This document shows positions 1 through 9,804 of a stretch of DNA of 64,000 nucleotides, one piece after another. A program made the translations under genes and the position numbers. Positions within the stretch are counted from its first letter, which is position 1. Each line of letters begins with the position of its first letter. The notes below the pieces were generated by a model. It searched no databases and had not been told where the DNA came from. It saw only the letters and a list, made by a program, of their open reading frames with translations. Where the stretch lies: assembly GCA_017554105.1 (NCBI GenBank), contig JAFZIY010000029.1:49504-113503 (forward strand). The letters run 5' to 3'. This DNA is from Prevotella sp. (GTDB lineage Bacteria; Bacteroidota; Bacteroidia; Bacteroidales; Bacteroidaceae).

Positions 1-240
1 CACATCGTTTCCCAACGACATACCCACACTTGCCACTTCAAGGGAGTGGGTCAGTCTGTTGTGAACGAAGATACTGCCTGGAAGCGGGAACACTTGTGTC
101 TTGTTCTGCAGTCTTCTGAACGGAGCCGAGAAGATAAGGCGGTCGTAGTCGCGTTTAAACTCTGTCCTGTCATCGTGTCTTTCGCTGTGACGGTATTCCT
201 GTCCGAGTCGTTTGTTTGTGAGGAGTTTGTTCCAGTCCAT
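1..240 (-). CDS. dgt: dGTP triphosphohydrolase-like HD-domain protein, N-terminal fragment running off the left edge
   Basis: Absent from the ORF track because it is edge-truncated. My minus-strand translation from ATG 240-238 gives MDWNKLLTNKRLGQEYRHSERHDDRTEFKRDYDRLIFSAPFRRLQNKTQVFPLPGSIFVHNRLTHSLEVASVG..., which matches the conserved Dgt-family N-terminus. Confidence 0.8.
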   Translation of the reverse strand, partial: MDWNKLLTNKRLGQEYRHSERHDDRTEFKRDYDRLIFSAPFRRLQNKTQVFPLPGSIFVHNRLTHSLEVASVGMSLGNDV

Positions 241-343
241 GCTCTTTCTTGTTGTATTAAGTGTCGTTGCAGTGGCTTTCGGGAAGTCATGTCATGTGTT
301 CGTGAAATCCATGTTTTTCCCGCATAAAATGCTCTTCTTGGTG

Positions 344-351
344 CAAAAGTA
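344..351 (-). promoter_or_regulatory. Bacteroidota -7 box (TACTTTTG) upstream of dgt
   Basis: Minus strand reads TACTTTTG, matching the TAnnTTTG consensus of Bacteroides-type sigma promoters. Confidence 0.5.
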
Positions 352-415
352 ATATAAAATGAAGTAATTTCGACTAATTTAATATTAAAAATTTCATCAA
401 ACAATCTTTATTTCG

Positions 416-423
416 TATTTTTG
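416..423 (+). promoter_or_regulatory. -7 box (TATTTTTG) upstream of the dut operon
   Basis: TATTTTTG lies 26 nt before the dut ATG. Confidence 0.55.
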
Positions 424-448
424 CACATTATTATTGTCCAGGAAGATT

Positions 449-886
449 ATGATAACAGTAAAAGTAGTAAATAAGGGCCACCAGCCTCTCCCGGCTTATG
501 CTACGTCTCAGAGCGCGGGAATGGATCTTCGTGCAAATATTGACGAGCCAATCACACTTCGTCCGATGGAGCGTCGTCTCATCCCTACGGGACTTCACAT
601 AGAACTTCCCGCAGGCTACGAGGCACAGATACGTCCTCGCAGCGGCTTGGCATTGAAACACGGACTTACAGTGCTCAACACTCCAGGTACCGTTGATGCC
701 GACTATCGTGGCGAGGTAGGGGTGTTGCTGATAAACCTTGGCGACAAGGAGTTTGTCATCAACGACGGTGAGCGAATAGCCCAGATGATTATAGCAAGAC
801 ACGAAACTGTCGATTTCATCGCCGTGGAAGTGCTCGATGAGTCAGAGCGCGGTGAGGGTGGCTATGGTCATACGGGAGTGAAATAA
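449..886 (+). CDS. dut: dUTP diphosphatase
   Basis: ORF 434..886; the first ATG is at 449 (434 is TTG). Motifs: [43 protein letters not shown]. Confidence 0.95.
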   Translation: MITVKVVNKGHQPLPAYATSQSAGMDLRANIDEPITLRPMERRLIPTGLHIELPAGYEAQIRPRSGLALKHGLTVLNTPGTVDADYRGEVGVLLINLGDKEFVINDGERIAQMIIARHETVDFIAVEVLDESERGEGGYGHTGVK

Positions 887-912
887 CAGGTGAAACAACC
901 ATTGATTTGCAG

Positions 913-2691
913 ATGCAAATAACACGAATTATAACGTCTGCTGTTGCAGCGGTGACGATTCTTGCACTTAGTGCCTCTTGCGATTCCCCGAAGTCAATCT
1001 CGGTGAAACAGGCGATAAGTGGCGAGAAGAATATCGTTGTGCCTACTCTGAGCCACAACGACGAGCAGCGCGTGAAGTATTTCTTCTATGAAGCGGTGGA
1101 ACAGCAGAACAAGGGCAACTATGATGCTGCCTTCGACTTGCTTAACCATTGTCTCACCATCAATCCGAATGCTTCAGAGGTGTATTTCACCATTGCGTCT
1201 TATTATTCCGAACTGGGAAGAGACAGTATGGCAATGCAGTCGATGGAGCGTGCCGCCGTGCTCAGCCCTCACAACGATATCTATATCGAGAGGCTCGCAC
1301 TCTCATACATCAACACCCGTAACTATGACAAGGCAATCGATACCTATGAGCGACTCTATGCAAACAACCGCGACCGTACCGATGTACTTGGCATTCTATC
1401 GCAACTTTATAATCAGCAGAAGGACTACGACAAGGTAGTGAGTACGCTTGAAAGAATTGAGCAAGTGGAGGGCAGCAACGAGCAGATAACGCTCTCCAAG
1501 ATGCGTGCATACTCGCTGAAAGGAGACAAAAAAGCCGAATTCAACGCTTTGAAACAGTTGTCAGAGAAGTACCCCAACGACTTAAACTACCGTGTCATGA
1601 TGGGCAACTGGCTGTTGCAGAACGACCGTGAGGACGAGGCACTCAATGAGTATGAAGCCGTCTTGGAGCAGGAACCTGACAATGTGTCTGCCCAGATGTC
1701 GATGCTCGACTATTACAAACAGGTAGGTGAGGACTCTCTTGCTCAGGAAATGATAGAGAAAGTGCTCATCAGTGAGAAGACCCCTCCGACAAGCAAGATA
1801 CACATCTTGAGGCAAGTGGTCGACGAGAACGAGCGCATCGGTGCGGGAAGTCTTGAGATTATAAACCTTTTCAAGCGTATACTCGCTGAGCCGCAGACCA
1901 CCCCCGACATGACAGAACTGTATGCCAGTTACCTGAAACTCAAGGAGTATCCACAGGATACCATCGACGTGGTGCTCGAGAAGGCACTCGAGATAGCGCC
2001 CGACGAGGCGGGTGCGCGACTGCAGTTGATACAGTCGGCATGGGGAAAGAAAGACTTCGACCGAGTCATAGACCTCTGTACCACTGCCCAGCAGTATAAT
2101 CCCGATGAAATGGCGTTCTACTATTTCATGGCATTGGCATATAACCAGCAGGACAAGTTGGACGAGGCTATCGATGCCACGCGCCGTGGCGTAGCAATAA
2201 TCAGCGACCAAACCAATAGGGAACTGGTGTCTGATATGTATGGACTCCGTGGCGACCTCTACCATTCGAAAGGCATGGTGGAGGAGTCGTTTGCAGCCTA
2301 TGACAGTTGTCTTGTGTGGAAAAGCGACAACATAGGATACCTTAACAACTACGCATACTTCCTCAGCCTGACAGGAAAGAACCTGCAGAAGGCGGAGCAG
2401 ATGAGTTATCTCACGGTAAAGGCAGAGCCGAACAACGGCATCTATCTTGACACATACGCCTGGATATTGTTCATGCAGGGACGCTATGAGGATGCAAGGG
2501 AATATATTGAGCGGGCTCTGAAAAACTACGAAAAGCCAAGTGCTGAGGTCATAGAGCATGCTGGTGACATCTATTGGAAATGCGGAGACCGTGCAAAGGC
2601 TTTGGAGTATTGGCAGCAGGCCGTAGATGAAGGAAGAGACAATAAGGTGCTTATCAAGAAACTGAAACAAAAAAAATATTTTGAGAAATGA
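913..2691 (+). CDS. TPR-repeat lipoprotein
   Basis: ORF 907..2691, ATG at 913. Lipobox-like LSASC signal, then many 34-aa TPR-like repeats. ATGA overlap with the next gene. Confidence 0.8.
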   Translation: MQITRIITSAVAAVTILALSASCDSPKSISVKQAISGEKNIVVPTLSHNDEQRVKYFFYEAVEQQNKGNYDAAFDLLNHCLTINPNASEVYFTIASYYSELGRDSMAMQSMERAAVLSPHNDIYIERLALSYINTRNYDKAIDTYERLYANNRDRTDVLGILSQLYNQQKDYDKVVSTLERIEQVEGSNEQITLSKMRAYSLKGDKKAEFNALKQLSEKYPNDLNYRVMMGNWLLQNDREDEALNEYEAVLEQEPDNVSAQMSMLDYYKQVGEDSLAQEMIEKVLISEKTPPTSKIHILRQVVDENERIGAGSLEIINLFKRILAEPQTTPDMTELYASYLKLKEYPQDTIDVVLEKALEIAPDEAGARLQLIQSAWGKKDFDRVIDLCTTAQQYNPDEMAFYYFMALAYNQQDKLDEAIDATRRGVAIISDQTNRELVSDMYGLRGDLYHSKGMVEESFAAYDSCLVWKSDNIGYLNNYAYFLSLTGKNLQKAEQMSYLTVKAEPNNGIYLDTYAWILFMQGRYEDAREYIERALKNYEKPSAEVIEHAGDIYWKCGDRAKALEYWQQAVDEGRDNKVLIKKLKQKKYFEK

Positions 2692-3575
2692 GAATAAGGA
2701 GACTTACAATAAATGTCATTGCCGCTGCCACAATAATGATGATGGCAGGTTGCGGGACAACGAAGAACGTGGTGAACACCACCGACAATCCGACCTCCAC
2801 GTCGGTTGAGGACACCGAGGCGGCTCGCCTTAAGTTCGTGCGTAATGTGTCCGACCATTCAGTGGCACAGAAGAATATCACGGCGAAACTGAAATTCAGG
2901 ATGAAGAAGGGCTCCAAGGATGTCACCGTGGCAGGCTCCCTCCATATGCGCCGTGACGATGTGATACGCATTCAGTTGACTCCGTTAGGCCTCTTTGAGG
3001 CCGGTCGCCTGGAGTTCACCAAGGACTATGTGATGATTGTCGACCGCATCAACAAGCAATATCTAAAGGCCGACTACAATGAAGTGGCTTTCCTGAAGCG
3101 TAACGGACTGAACTTCTATTCATTGCAGGCACTTTTCTGGAACCAGCTCTTCATACCGGGAAGCGACCAGATGCGCGATTCCGAACTTAAGACATTCGAT
3201 GTGGAACTGTCACCGATGGCGCTTTGCAGCAGCATCGCACTGAACCGCGACAAGATGACTTATAAATGGCTGGCAGACAACAAAACGTATTCCATAACAC
3301 AGGCTGATGTCTCTTACTCCAAAACCGAGTGGGGAGATGCCTCGCTGAAGTGGAACTACGGCAACTTCAAGGCCTTCGGAGGGACGAAGTTCCCCACTCA
3401 GATAGGCATCACGGCGGCATCGTCGGCGCTGAAAGGCGGACAGAGCATGACCGTGGAACTTACTCTCGACAACCTCTCAAACGATTCCGACTGGGAGTCG
3501 CGTACCCAGTTGTCGGGCAAATACGAGGCTGTCTCTGCCGAGGAAGTGTTGAATAAAATTCTTAGCATCAAATGA
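2688..3575 (+). CDS. DUF4292-like lipoprotein
   Basis: Signal plus lipobox (MMMAGCG). It sits in the dut-TPR-DUF4292-M23 gene order that I recall as conserved in Bacteroidales. The family call is from memory only. Confidence 0.55.
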   Translation: MRIRRLTINVIAAATIMMMAGCGTTKNVVNTTDNPTSTSVEDTEAARLKFVRNVSDHSVAQKNITAKLKFRMKKGSKDVTVAGSLHMRRDDVIRIQLTPLGLFEAGRLEFTKDYVMIVDRINKQYLKADYNEVAFLKRNGLNFYSLQALFWNQLFIPGSDQMRDSELKTFDVELSPMALCSSIALNRDKMTYKWLADNKTYSITQADVSYSKTEWGDASLKWNYGNFKAFGGTKFPTQIGITAASSALKGGQSMTVELTLDNLSNDSDWESRTQLSGKYEAVSAEEVLNKILSIK

Positions 3576-5221
3576 AAAGACTGATACTGATTGTTATGAT
3601 GGTAGCGTTTGCGCTCGCTCCTTATGCCCAACAGCGGAGGACTGGGCAGAAGAAGCCGGCGGCTACCACGCAGACACAGCGTCGTAACACACAGCAACGT
3701 ACTCAGCAGGGCAAGAAACAACAGACAGGAAAGGGCAAGAAAACCCAGCAGACGCAGAAACAGGGCAAGGGAAAGAAACAGAACTACAGCACTCCTGAGA
3801 TACGCGGACTGCAGAATCAGCGCAGTCAGATACAGAAAAACATCAAGGAACAGGAGAAGAAACTGCAGGAGAATAAGACCGACGTGCAGAACAGACTCAA
3901 GAACCTGATGCAACTGAACACCGAGATAGAGACGCGCAAACGCAACATCGACAATATTCAGGGCGAGATAACTTCTATCAGCAGCAATATGGACCTGCTG
4001 CAATCACAGTTGAAGACCCTTGAGAATCAGTTGGCGGAACGCAGGCAGAAGTATGTGGAGTCAATGAGATATGTGGCCCGTCATCGTGGTGTCCAAGACC
4101 AGTTGATGTTCATCTTCAGTGCGGAGAGTCTGCCACAGATGTACCGTCGCCTGCGCTTTGTGCGCGAATATGCTTCCTATCAGCGTGCCCAGGGCGAGAT
4201 GGTAAAGGAGAAGCAGTTGCAGGTGGAAGCCAAGCACAAGGAACTGGAGAAGCAGAAGACTCAGAAAAATACCTTATTATATAAAGGAAAACAAGAGAAT
4301 GCGGCCCTTCAGGGGCAACAGCAAGAGCAGCAGAAGGTGGTCGCCTCGTTGCAGCAACAGCAGAAAACCATTCAGTCGGTGCTGGCAGAGCAGCGTCAGA
4401 AAGATGCACAGTTGAATGCTCAGATAGACCGTCTCGTGGCAGAGGAGATTGCCAAGGCCAAGGCAAGAGCCGAGGCTGAGGCACGTCGAAAAGCCGCCGC
4501 CGAGGCTGCAGCCAAGAAGAAAAGGGAGGCAGAACTGGCACGAAAGAAAGCCGCTGCCGAGGCTGCCGCACGTGAGAATGCCCGTCGCTTAGCCGAGGCA
4601 AAGGCTGCCGAGGAGAGGGCGAAAGCAGAGCAGCGCGCCGCCGCCAAGAAGAGTGCCGAGGAGAGAGCACGTGCCGAAAAGGCTGCAAAAGCAGCGGAAG
4701 AAAGACGTCGTGCGGCAGAACGCAAGGCAAAGGCCGACGAGGAACGTTCGGCAAGAGAGGTGGAGCGTGCAACGCGTGAGAACGAGGACGCCGTGAATAT
4801 GGCTACCGTTGACAGGCAGTTGAGCAGCAACTTCGAGCAAAATCGTGGTCGACTGCCTATGCCGATGTCCGGAAGATGCCGTATCGTAAGCCATTTCGGA
4901 CAATACAACGTGGAGGGACTCCGCAACGTCACTCTCGACAATAAGGGAATAAACATACAGGGACAGCCAGGTGCTTCGGTGCGAAGCGTGTTTAATGGCG
5001 AGGTTAGCGCCGTGTTCAGTTTCGGCGGCACGAACGTCGTTATGGTGCGTCACGGCAATTATATCTCTGTCTATTGTAACCTTAAGTCGGTCAGCGTGCA
5101 TCGTGGACAGCAAGTAAAGACAGGCCAGACACTCGGTGTCGTGGGCACTGATAACATCCTACAGTTCCAGTTGCGTAAGGAGACGGCCAAGCTGAACCCC
5201 GAATCCTGGCTTGGCAGATAA
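3572..5221 (+). CDS. M23/LytM-family peptidoglycan metalloendopeptidase (EnvC-like) with long coiled-coil and low-complexity region
   Basis: C-terminal LytM-like block GINIQGQPGASVRSVFNGEVSAV...VMVRHGNYISVYCNL...GQTLGVVG. The N-terminal signal is followed by Q/K-rich and A/E/K/R-rich stretches. Confidence 0.85.
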   Translation: MKRLILIVMMVAFALAPYAQQRRTGQKKPAATTQTQRRNTQQRTQQGKKQQTGKGKKTQQTQKQGKGKKQNYSTPEIRGLQNQRSQIQKNIKEQEKKLQENKTDVQNRLKNLMQLNTEIETRKRNIDNIQGEITSISSNMDLLQSQLKTLENQLAERRQKYVESMRYVARHRGVQDQLMFIFSAESLPQMYRRLRFVREYASYQRAQGEMVKEKQLQVEAKHKELEKQKTQKNTLLYKGKQENAALQGQQQEQQKVVASLQQQQKTIQSVLAEQRQKDAQLNAQIDRLVAEEIAKAKARAEAEARRKAAAEAAAKKKREAELARKKAAAEAAARENARRLAEAKAAEERAKAEQRAAAKKSAEERARAEKAAKAAEERRRAAERKAKADEERSAREVERATRENEDAVNMATVDRQLSSNFEQNRGRLPMPMSGRCRIVSHFGQYNVEGLRNVTLDNKGINIQGQPGASVRSVFNGEVSAVFSFGGTNVVMVRHGNYISVYCNLKSVSVHRGQQVKTGQTLGVVGTDNILQFQLRKETAKLNPESWLGR

Positions 5222-5249
5222 TATAACATGATTATTACCTTGGAGAATA

Positions 5250-8200
5250 ATGAATAGATATTTCAGGCTCGTGGCCTTTGTCTTGATTATGTTTTTCTCG
5301 GTCAAGGCAATGGCGGGCATACGCATATTCCCGTCACAGGACATCTCGGGAACCCAGTTTTACTGTATAGCGCAGGACCAACGAGGTTTCGTGTGGATAG
5401 GTACCGACTACGGATTGAACAGGTTCGATGGTTATCATTTTCAGAAATACTTCACCAGCAAGACTGACCTGATGACCATCGATGACAACGACATTGCGAG
5501 CATCTTTTGTGACAGTAAAGGCTGTTTGTGGGTAGGTACTAATCACGGCCTATCACTTTATAACCCGGAGACCGATAATTTCACCAGAAAGAAATTCCCC
5601 GACGGCCAGTCACATCGTGTGGAGCAGTCTTACGAGGACAGCAAGGGTAACATATGGGTGGCAACGGCGGGCGGCGGACTCTATTGTATACCCCACGGAG
5701 AGAGCGAGATGCGCGGCATTCAGGGCATCACTGAGCAGGACTGGTTTCTCTATCGTTTGGTGGAAACGAACGACGGCCGACTGCTTGTGTCGAGTTTCGA
5801 AGGTAGTTATTACGTCTATACCTTAGAAGGCTTAAAACTGAAAAAGATAGAGCGTCATAAGTCTTCTTTGGGTATGGTGTCGACTTTCCTTAAACTGAAA
5901 GACAATCAGATACTGGCGGCGTGCGGCAAGGGACTTTTGAAATTCGATGCCGCAGCAGGAGAGTTGGTAGATGCTGGATATGACATGTCTGCCTTTATCG
6001 GCAGTAATGTGGTCAATACGGCCTGTGTGTCAGCCGATGGAACTATTGCGCTTGGCACTTCCGAGCAGGGACTGATGACGATAGAATGTGGCACGAATAC
6101 GCTGAAAGCCTCGACGAGCAGTTCCATGTTGCTGGATTTGGGACGTGTTGACGTGTCGAAGATGATGTGTGACGCCGATGGCACTTACTGGCTCTGCTGT
6201 ACTGGAAAGACACTTTGCATTTCCAATTCGGAGCCGCTTGCCATACAGACTTGGAACTTCACTAATGACGCTCTCAACCCCAGTTCAGGTGTGTCGTCAA
6301 TAGTCGATGGCGAGCAAGGTTCCATCTATTGCTCTGTCTATGGCCATGGAATCTACCATCTTGACAAAGAGGGCAACATCATGAAACGTCTGCCGGCTCC
6401 TATCAGCAACGATCGAATTTTTAGAGACAGCAAAGGCGACTACTGGGTTACCACCCGCAACGAGGTGTTCAGCTACAACCCGTCTACAGGTGCCGCCACA
6501 TTGCGTGTGAAGCTTGACGGGTGGGCAGTGCGCGGTTTTGTAGACGATGGCAATGGAAACTATTTTATAAGTGACTTCAGCAAGGGACTTGTCGTGTATA
6601 ATGCCTCCAGCGGCAGCGTGAAAAAAATACGCCAGTATGACACTACTACAGAGCAGGGACTAGTGAACGACTGGATTATGGACCTTGAGATGGGTGAGAA
6701 TGGCATATTGTGGATTGCTACAACAGACGGCGTGCAGGCGATAGACACCCGTACGATGGACCAGAAGCCGTTTGGATGGCAATACCAGATGAAGGGAGAG
6801 CATTGCAACTGTCTTTGTGTACGTTCTGACGGCGGTGTTGTCGTGGGAACGGACCATGGCATCTACAGCTATGACAAGAAAAAGAAATCATTCGAGGCAT
6901 TAGACGCTGACGGACAACTCAGCACCTTGAAGATATGTGACATTGTGGAGGATGATGCTGGCGACCTGTGGCTGGCCACCGTGAATGGCATCTGGCAGTA
7001 TGTCGACGGCAAACCGGTTATCAGCCATCTTAACCGCAACGGTATCAGAATCAGCGGTTTCGCTACCAGCACAGGCAGGCTGCTTGACGACCGCCGTGTG
7101 GCTTTTGGTACTTATCACGGAGTGGCTATATTCGATCCTGATGCCATGAGGAACGCAAAGCACAGCAGCGACGAAGTGCAGCTTTCGAGCGTTATCATAG
7201 ACGGCGTGATGCAGAACCCCATGTCATCGACCTTCGTAGTGCCCGCTTCACGTAATATGCTGCTATTCTTCGTTTCCATGTTGTCACACTATGACGAGGC
7301 GGCAGCCGTAGTATATGAGTATAATCTGGACGGTGAATGGGTAGCATTGGGCGAGGGAGCGAACATGATAATGTTCAACCGTCTGCGTCCTGGTACTTAT
7401 AACCTGAAGATAAGGGCAAGAAACGACAACGAATATACCCAGAGCATAAAGGAGGTGACAGTGATAGTGGAGGCTCCGTGGTATGCTTCTAATCTCGCAT
7501 ACGTCATCTATGCATTGCTCTTCCTCGCTGCTCTTGCCTATGGCTTCTATCTCTATCGCCAGCGAAGCAAGCGTGAACTGGAGGATGCCAAGATGAAGTT
7601 CCTCATCAATACGGCACATGACCTGCGCTCACCGCTGACACTCATCATGTCGCCTCTGCGTAAGTTGCGCATAATAAACGATTCGGAACAGAACGGAGAG
7701 ACCGACAAGGCGGAGGCAGCCAATGCCATCGACACCATCGACCGCAATGCACAGCGACTGCTGACACTCGTGAACCAGATTCTCGACCAGCGGAAGATAG
7801 ACAACCACATGATGCGACTGGAGTGTCAGGAGACCGACCTCACGAAGTTTATCAGGGCCGTGTGCACGATGTTCCAGTATAATGCGTCGCAGAAGAACAT
7901 CACTCTGAAGGTGGAGCAGAAGGCTGCCCACCCGGTGAAGGCGTATATCGACCATGCCAACTTTGAGAAAGTGATATGCAACCTCGTCTCCAACTCCTTC
8001 AAGTTTGTGGACGAAGGAGGAAAGGTACAGATAGAGGTGAGCGAGGAAAGCGCTGGCGGTGACACCCCGAAGGCATGTATCCGAGTAATCGACAACGGAC
8101 GTGGAATAGGCGAGGAGGATACTTCGAAACTCTTCGACCGTTTCTATCAGGGACACGATGCGGATGGTGGAGGAGCAACGGGAACGGGACTCGGACTGAA

Positions 8201-9164
8201 TATCTGCCGCTCCATCGTGGAGATGCACAAAGGAACGATATCGGCTGCAAACCGCACCGACGGTGAGCAGGGTAGCATATTCACTATCCTCCTGCCTGAG
8301 GGAAAAGACCACTTGCAGCCCGAGCAGATACGTGACCAGGCGGCATCGACTGCAGGCACGCTGCAGCATCGCCCCAGCAAGAACGTCCGTGTGCTTGCCG
8401 TTGACGATGATCCGGAGATAGGACTGTACATCAAGAGCGAACTGGACAAGTACTTCAGGATAGAGGTCTGTGCCAATGGAGAGACGGCAATGGAGATGTT
8501 GCTGCAGCAACACTTCGATGTGGTGGTGGCAGATGTCATGATGCCCGTCATGGATGGCATTGAACTGCTCAAGCGCATCAAGGGAAACAGCAAGATAAGT
8601 CACCTGCCGGTTATTCTCCTCACCTCGAAATCTGAGGTCGAGGACCGCATGCAGGGCATACGGTATGGTGCCGATGCGTATATCTCAAAGCCGTTTAACA
8701 TCGAGGAACTGCATCTGCAGATTGACAACGTCGTTGACAGCATGCGTCGTCTGAGAGGTAAGTTCAGTGGCGTACAGGCCCAGGAAGGCAAGATTGAGGA
8801 CATCGAGATAAAGTCGTACAACGACCAGTTGATGGACCGCATAGTGAAGGCTATCAACGAGAACATTGGCGACAACGAGTTCAAGGTGGAACAACTGTGT
8901 GCCGAGGTAGGCATCAGCCGTAGCCAACTTCACCGTAAGATAAAGGAAATAGCAGGCATTCCTACTGCCGACTTCATACGCAACATTCGTCTCAATCAGG
9001 CAGCTCGGCTCCTTCGTGAGCACAAGGTTTCAGTGGCAGATGTTGCCTACAGTACCGGCTTTGCTAACCAAACCCACTTCTCAACGGTATTCAAGAAGTA
9101 TTTCGGAATGTCTCCGTCAGAGTACGCCGAGGCAGGAAATGCGTCGTCAGCAGACGTTGATTGA
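5250..9164 (+). CDS. Hybrid two-component system sensor kinase/response regulator with AraC-type HTH (HTCS)
   Basis: 1304 aa. Periplasmic beta-propeller-like repeats, a TM segment, HisKA (FLINTAHDLRSPLT), HATPase (GTGLGLNICRSIV), REC (VLAVDDDPE...DVMMPVMDG) and a C-terminal HTH_AraC (NQTHFSTVFKKYFGMSPSEY). Confidence 0.95.
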   Translation: MNRYFRLVAFVLIMFFSVKAMAGIRIFPSQDISGTQFYCIAQDQRGFVWIGTDYGLNRFDGYHFQKYFTSKTDLMTIDDNDIASIFCDSKGCLWVGTNHGLSLYNPETDNFTRKKFPDGQSHRVEQSYEDSKGNIWVATAGGGLYCIPHGESEMRGIQGITEQDWFLYRLVETNDGRLLVSSFEGSYYVYTLEGLKLKKIERHKSSLGMVSTFLKLKDNQILAACGKGLLKFDAAAGELVDAGYDMSAFIGSNVVNTACVSADGTIALGTSEQGLMTIECGTNTLKASTSSSMLLDLGRVDVSKMMCDADGTYWLCCTGKTLCISNSEPLAIQTWNFTNDALNPSSGVSSIVDGEQGSIYCSVYGHGIYHLDKEGNIMKRLPAPISNDRIFRDSKGDYWVTTRNEVFSYNPSTGAATLRVKLDGWAVRGFVDDGNGNYFISDFSKGLVVYNASSGSVKKIRQYDTTTEQGLVNDWIMDLEMGENGILWIATTDGVQAIDTRTMDQKPFGWQYQMKGEHCNCLCVRSDGGVVVGTDHGIYSYDKKKKSFEALDADGQLSTLKICDIVEDDAGDLWLATVNGIWQYVDGKPVISHLNRNGIRISGFATSTGRLLDDRRVAFGTYHGVAIFDPDAMRNAKHSSDEVQLSSVIIDGVMQNPMSSTFVVPASRNMLLFFVSMLSHYDEAAAVVYEYNLDGEWVALGEGANMIMFNRLRPGTYNLKIRARNDNEYTQSIKEVTVIVEAPWYASNLAYVIYALLFLAALAYGFYLYRQRSKRELEDAKMKFLINTAHDLRSPLTLIMSPLRKLRIINDSEQNGETDKAEAANAIDTIDRNAQRLLTLVNQILDQRKIDNHMMRLECQETDLTKFIRAVCTMFQYNASQKNITLKVEQKAAHPVKAYIDHANFEKVICNLVSNSFKFVDEGGKVQIEVSEESAGGDTPKACIRVIDNGRGIGEEDTSKLFDRFYQGHDADGGGATGTGLGLNICRSIVEMHKGTISAANRTDGEQGSIFTILLPEGKDHLQPEQIRDQAASTAGTLQHRPSKNVRVLAVDDDPEIGLYIKSELDKYFRIEVCANGETAMEMLLQQHFDVVVADVMMPVMDGIELLKRIKGNSKISHLPVILLTSKSEVEDRMQGIRYGADAYISKPFNIEELHLQIDNVVDSMRRLRGKFSGVQAQEGKIEDIEIKSYNDQLMDRIVKAINENIGDNEFKVEQLCAEVGISRSQLHRKIKEIAGIPTADFIRNIRLNQAARLLREHKVSVADVAYSTGFANQTHFSTVFKKYFGMSPSEYAEAGNASSADVD

Positions 9165-9218
9165 CACTCCATAGCATACATAATGGCTGCCAATAAGCCA
9201 TCAATCACCACCCAACTC

Positions 9219-9308
9219 ATATCAAATGGCTGAACAAAGTTAATAACTTTGTTGAACAATCTTATTAACTTTGTTCGACTATGTTATTAACTTTGTTACC
9301 CCACTTGT
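9219..9308. repeat. Dispersed ~90-bp element, copy A (AACAAAGTTAATAACTTTGTT palindrome array)
   Basis: Colinear with 29821-29912 (about 85% identical by eye) and related to 61361-61443. Contains a perfect 21-bp palindrome and several TAACTTTG boxes. Confidence 0.8.
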
Positions 9309-9403
9309 ATCTTCTTGAAAACATGTAAGTTACAAACGGCAAAATCAAACCCTGTTTTTTGCCCCTTTTGAAGGTGGTTATAAAGGTATCTCAAACACAA
9401 AAT

Positions 9404-9430
9404 ATGGAGATGTCATCACGACATCTCCAT
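9404..9430. terminator. 11-bp perfect stem hairpin, possibly a bidirectional terminator
   Basis: ATGGAGATGTC-atcac-GACATCTCCAT. The minus-strand side is followed by ATTTTGTGTTT, downstream of the small ORF and LRR gene. Confidence 0.4.
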
Positions 9431-9584
9431 AATTCTTATTAACCAAAACTGCTAAGGTTAATAACGATCCTCTTTATGAAAAACTATTTACTATCTTTCT
9501 AATTTATACCTAATGCTTATTTATTCATTTATTTATTAAGGTATTTGCTACATAATAAAACTATAAATTGTAGGGAGTTGCTTC

Positions 9585-9788
9585 TTAACGTGTATCTGTT
9601 TCGCCATGGTCGAACTCGATATCGCCATCGATAGTCCAACCCTTGTCATATCTTGCCTCATATTCCTGGTCGTCGCCAATGAGGAATGTTCCTCTCTTTT
9701 CAATACCTCCGCGATTACTGGCGCAGATGATACTGCTTGTTCCCATCTTCAGTATCTTAATGTCGGGTTTGATATATGTCTTCTTCAT
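9585..9788 (-). CDS. Small hypothetical protein (67 aa) downstream of the LRR gene
   Basis: ORF 9585..9830. The internal ATG at 9788 (MKKTYIKPDIKILKMGTSSIICAS...) avoids overlap with the upstream stop at 9805. No family recognised. Confidence 0.45.
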   Translation of the reverse strand: MKKTYIKPDIKILKMGTSSIICASNRGGIEKRGTFLIGDDQEYEARYDKGWTIDGDIEFDHGETDTR

Positions 9789-9804
9789 TTCTTTTTCTTC
9801 TTTA

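Noticed and set aside
1582-2670. 362-aa minus-strand ORF
   Set aside because: It lies entirely antisense to the well-supported TPR lipoprotein gene. It has no recognisable motifs and is a typical shadow ORF.
4116-5113. Three 170-220-aa minus-strand ORFs
   Set aside because: They overlap the Ala/Glu/Lys/Arg-rich repetitive part of the M23 gene. Low-complexity GC-rich codons are stop-free in several frames.
7629-8603. 324-aa minus-strand ORF, plus several 60-150-aa ORFs between 5334 and 9023
   Set aside because: They are antisense or out-of-frame within the HTCS gene, whose domain order is complete in the plus frame.
9047-9259. 70-aa ORF starting MFNKVINFV (and 29680-29862 starting MLNKVINIV)
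   Set aside because: The shared N-termini are simply translations of the dispersed ~90-bp repeat element. The rest is unrelated and overlaps real genes or non-coding DNA.
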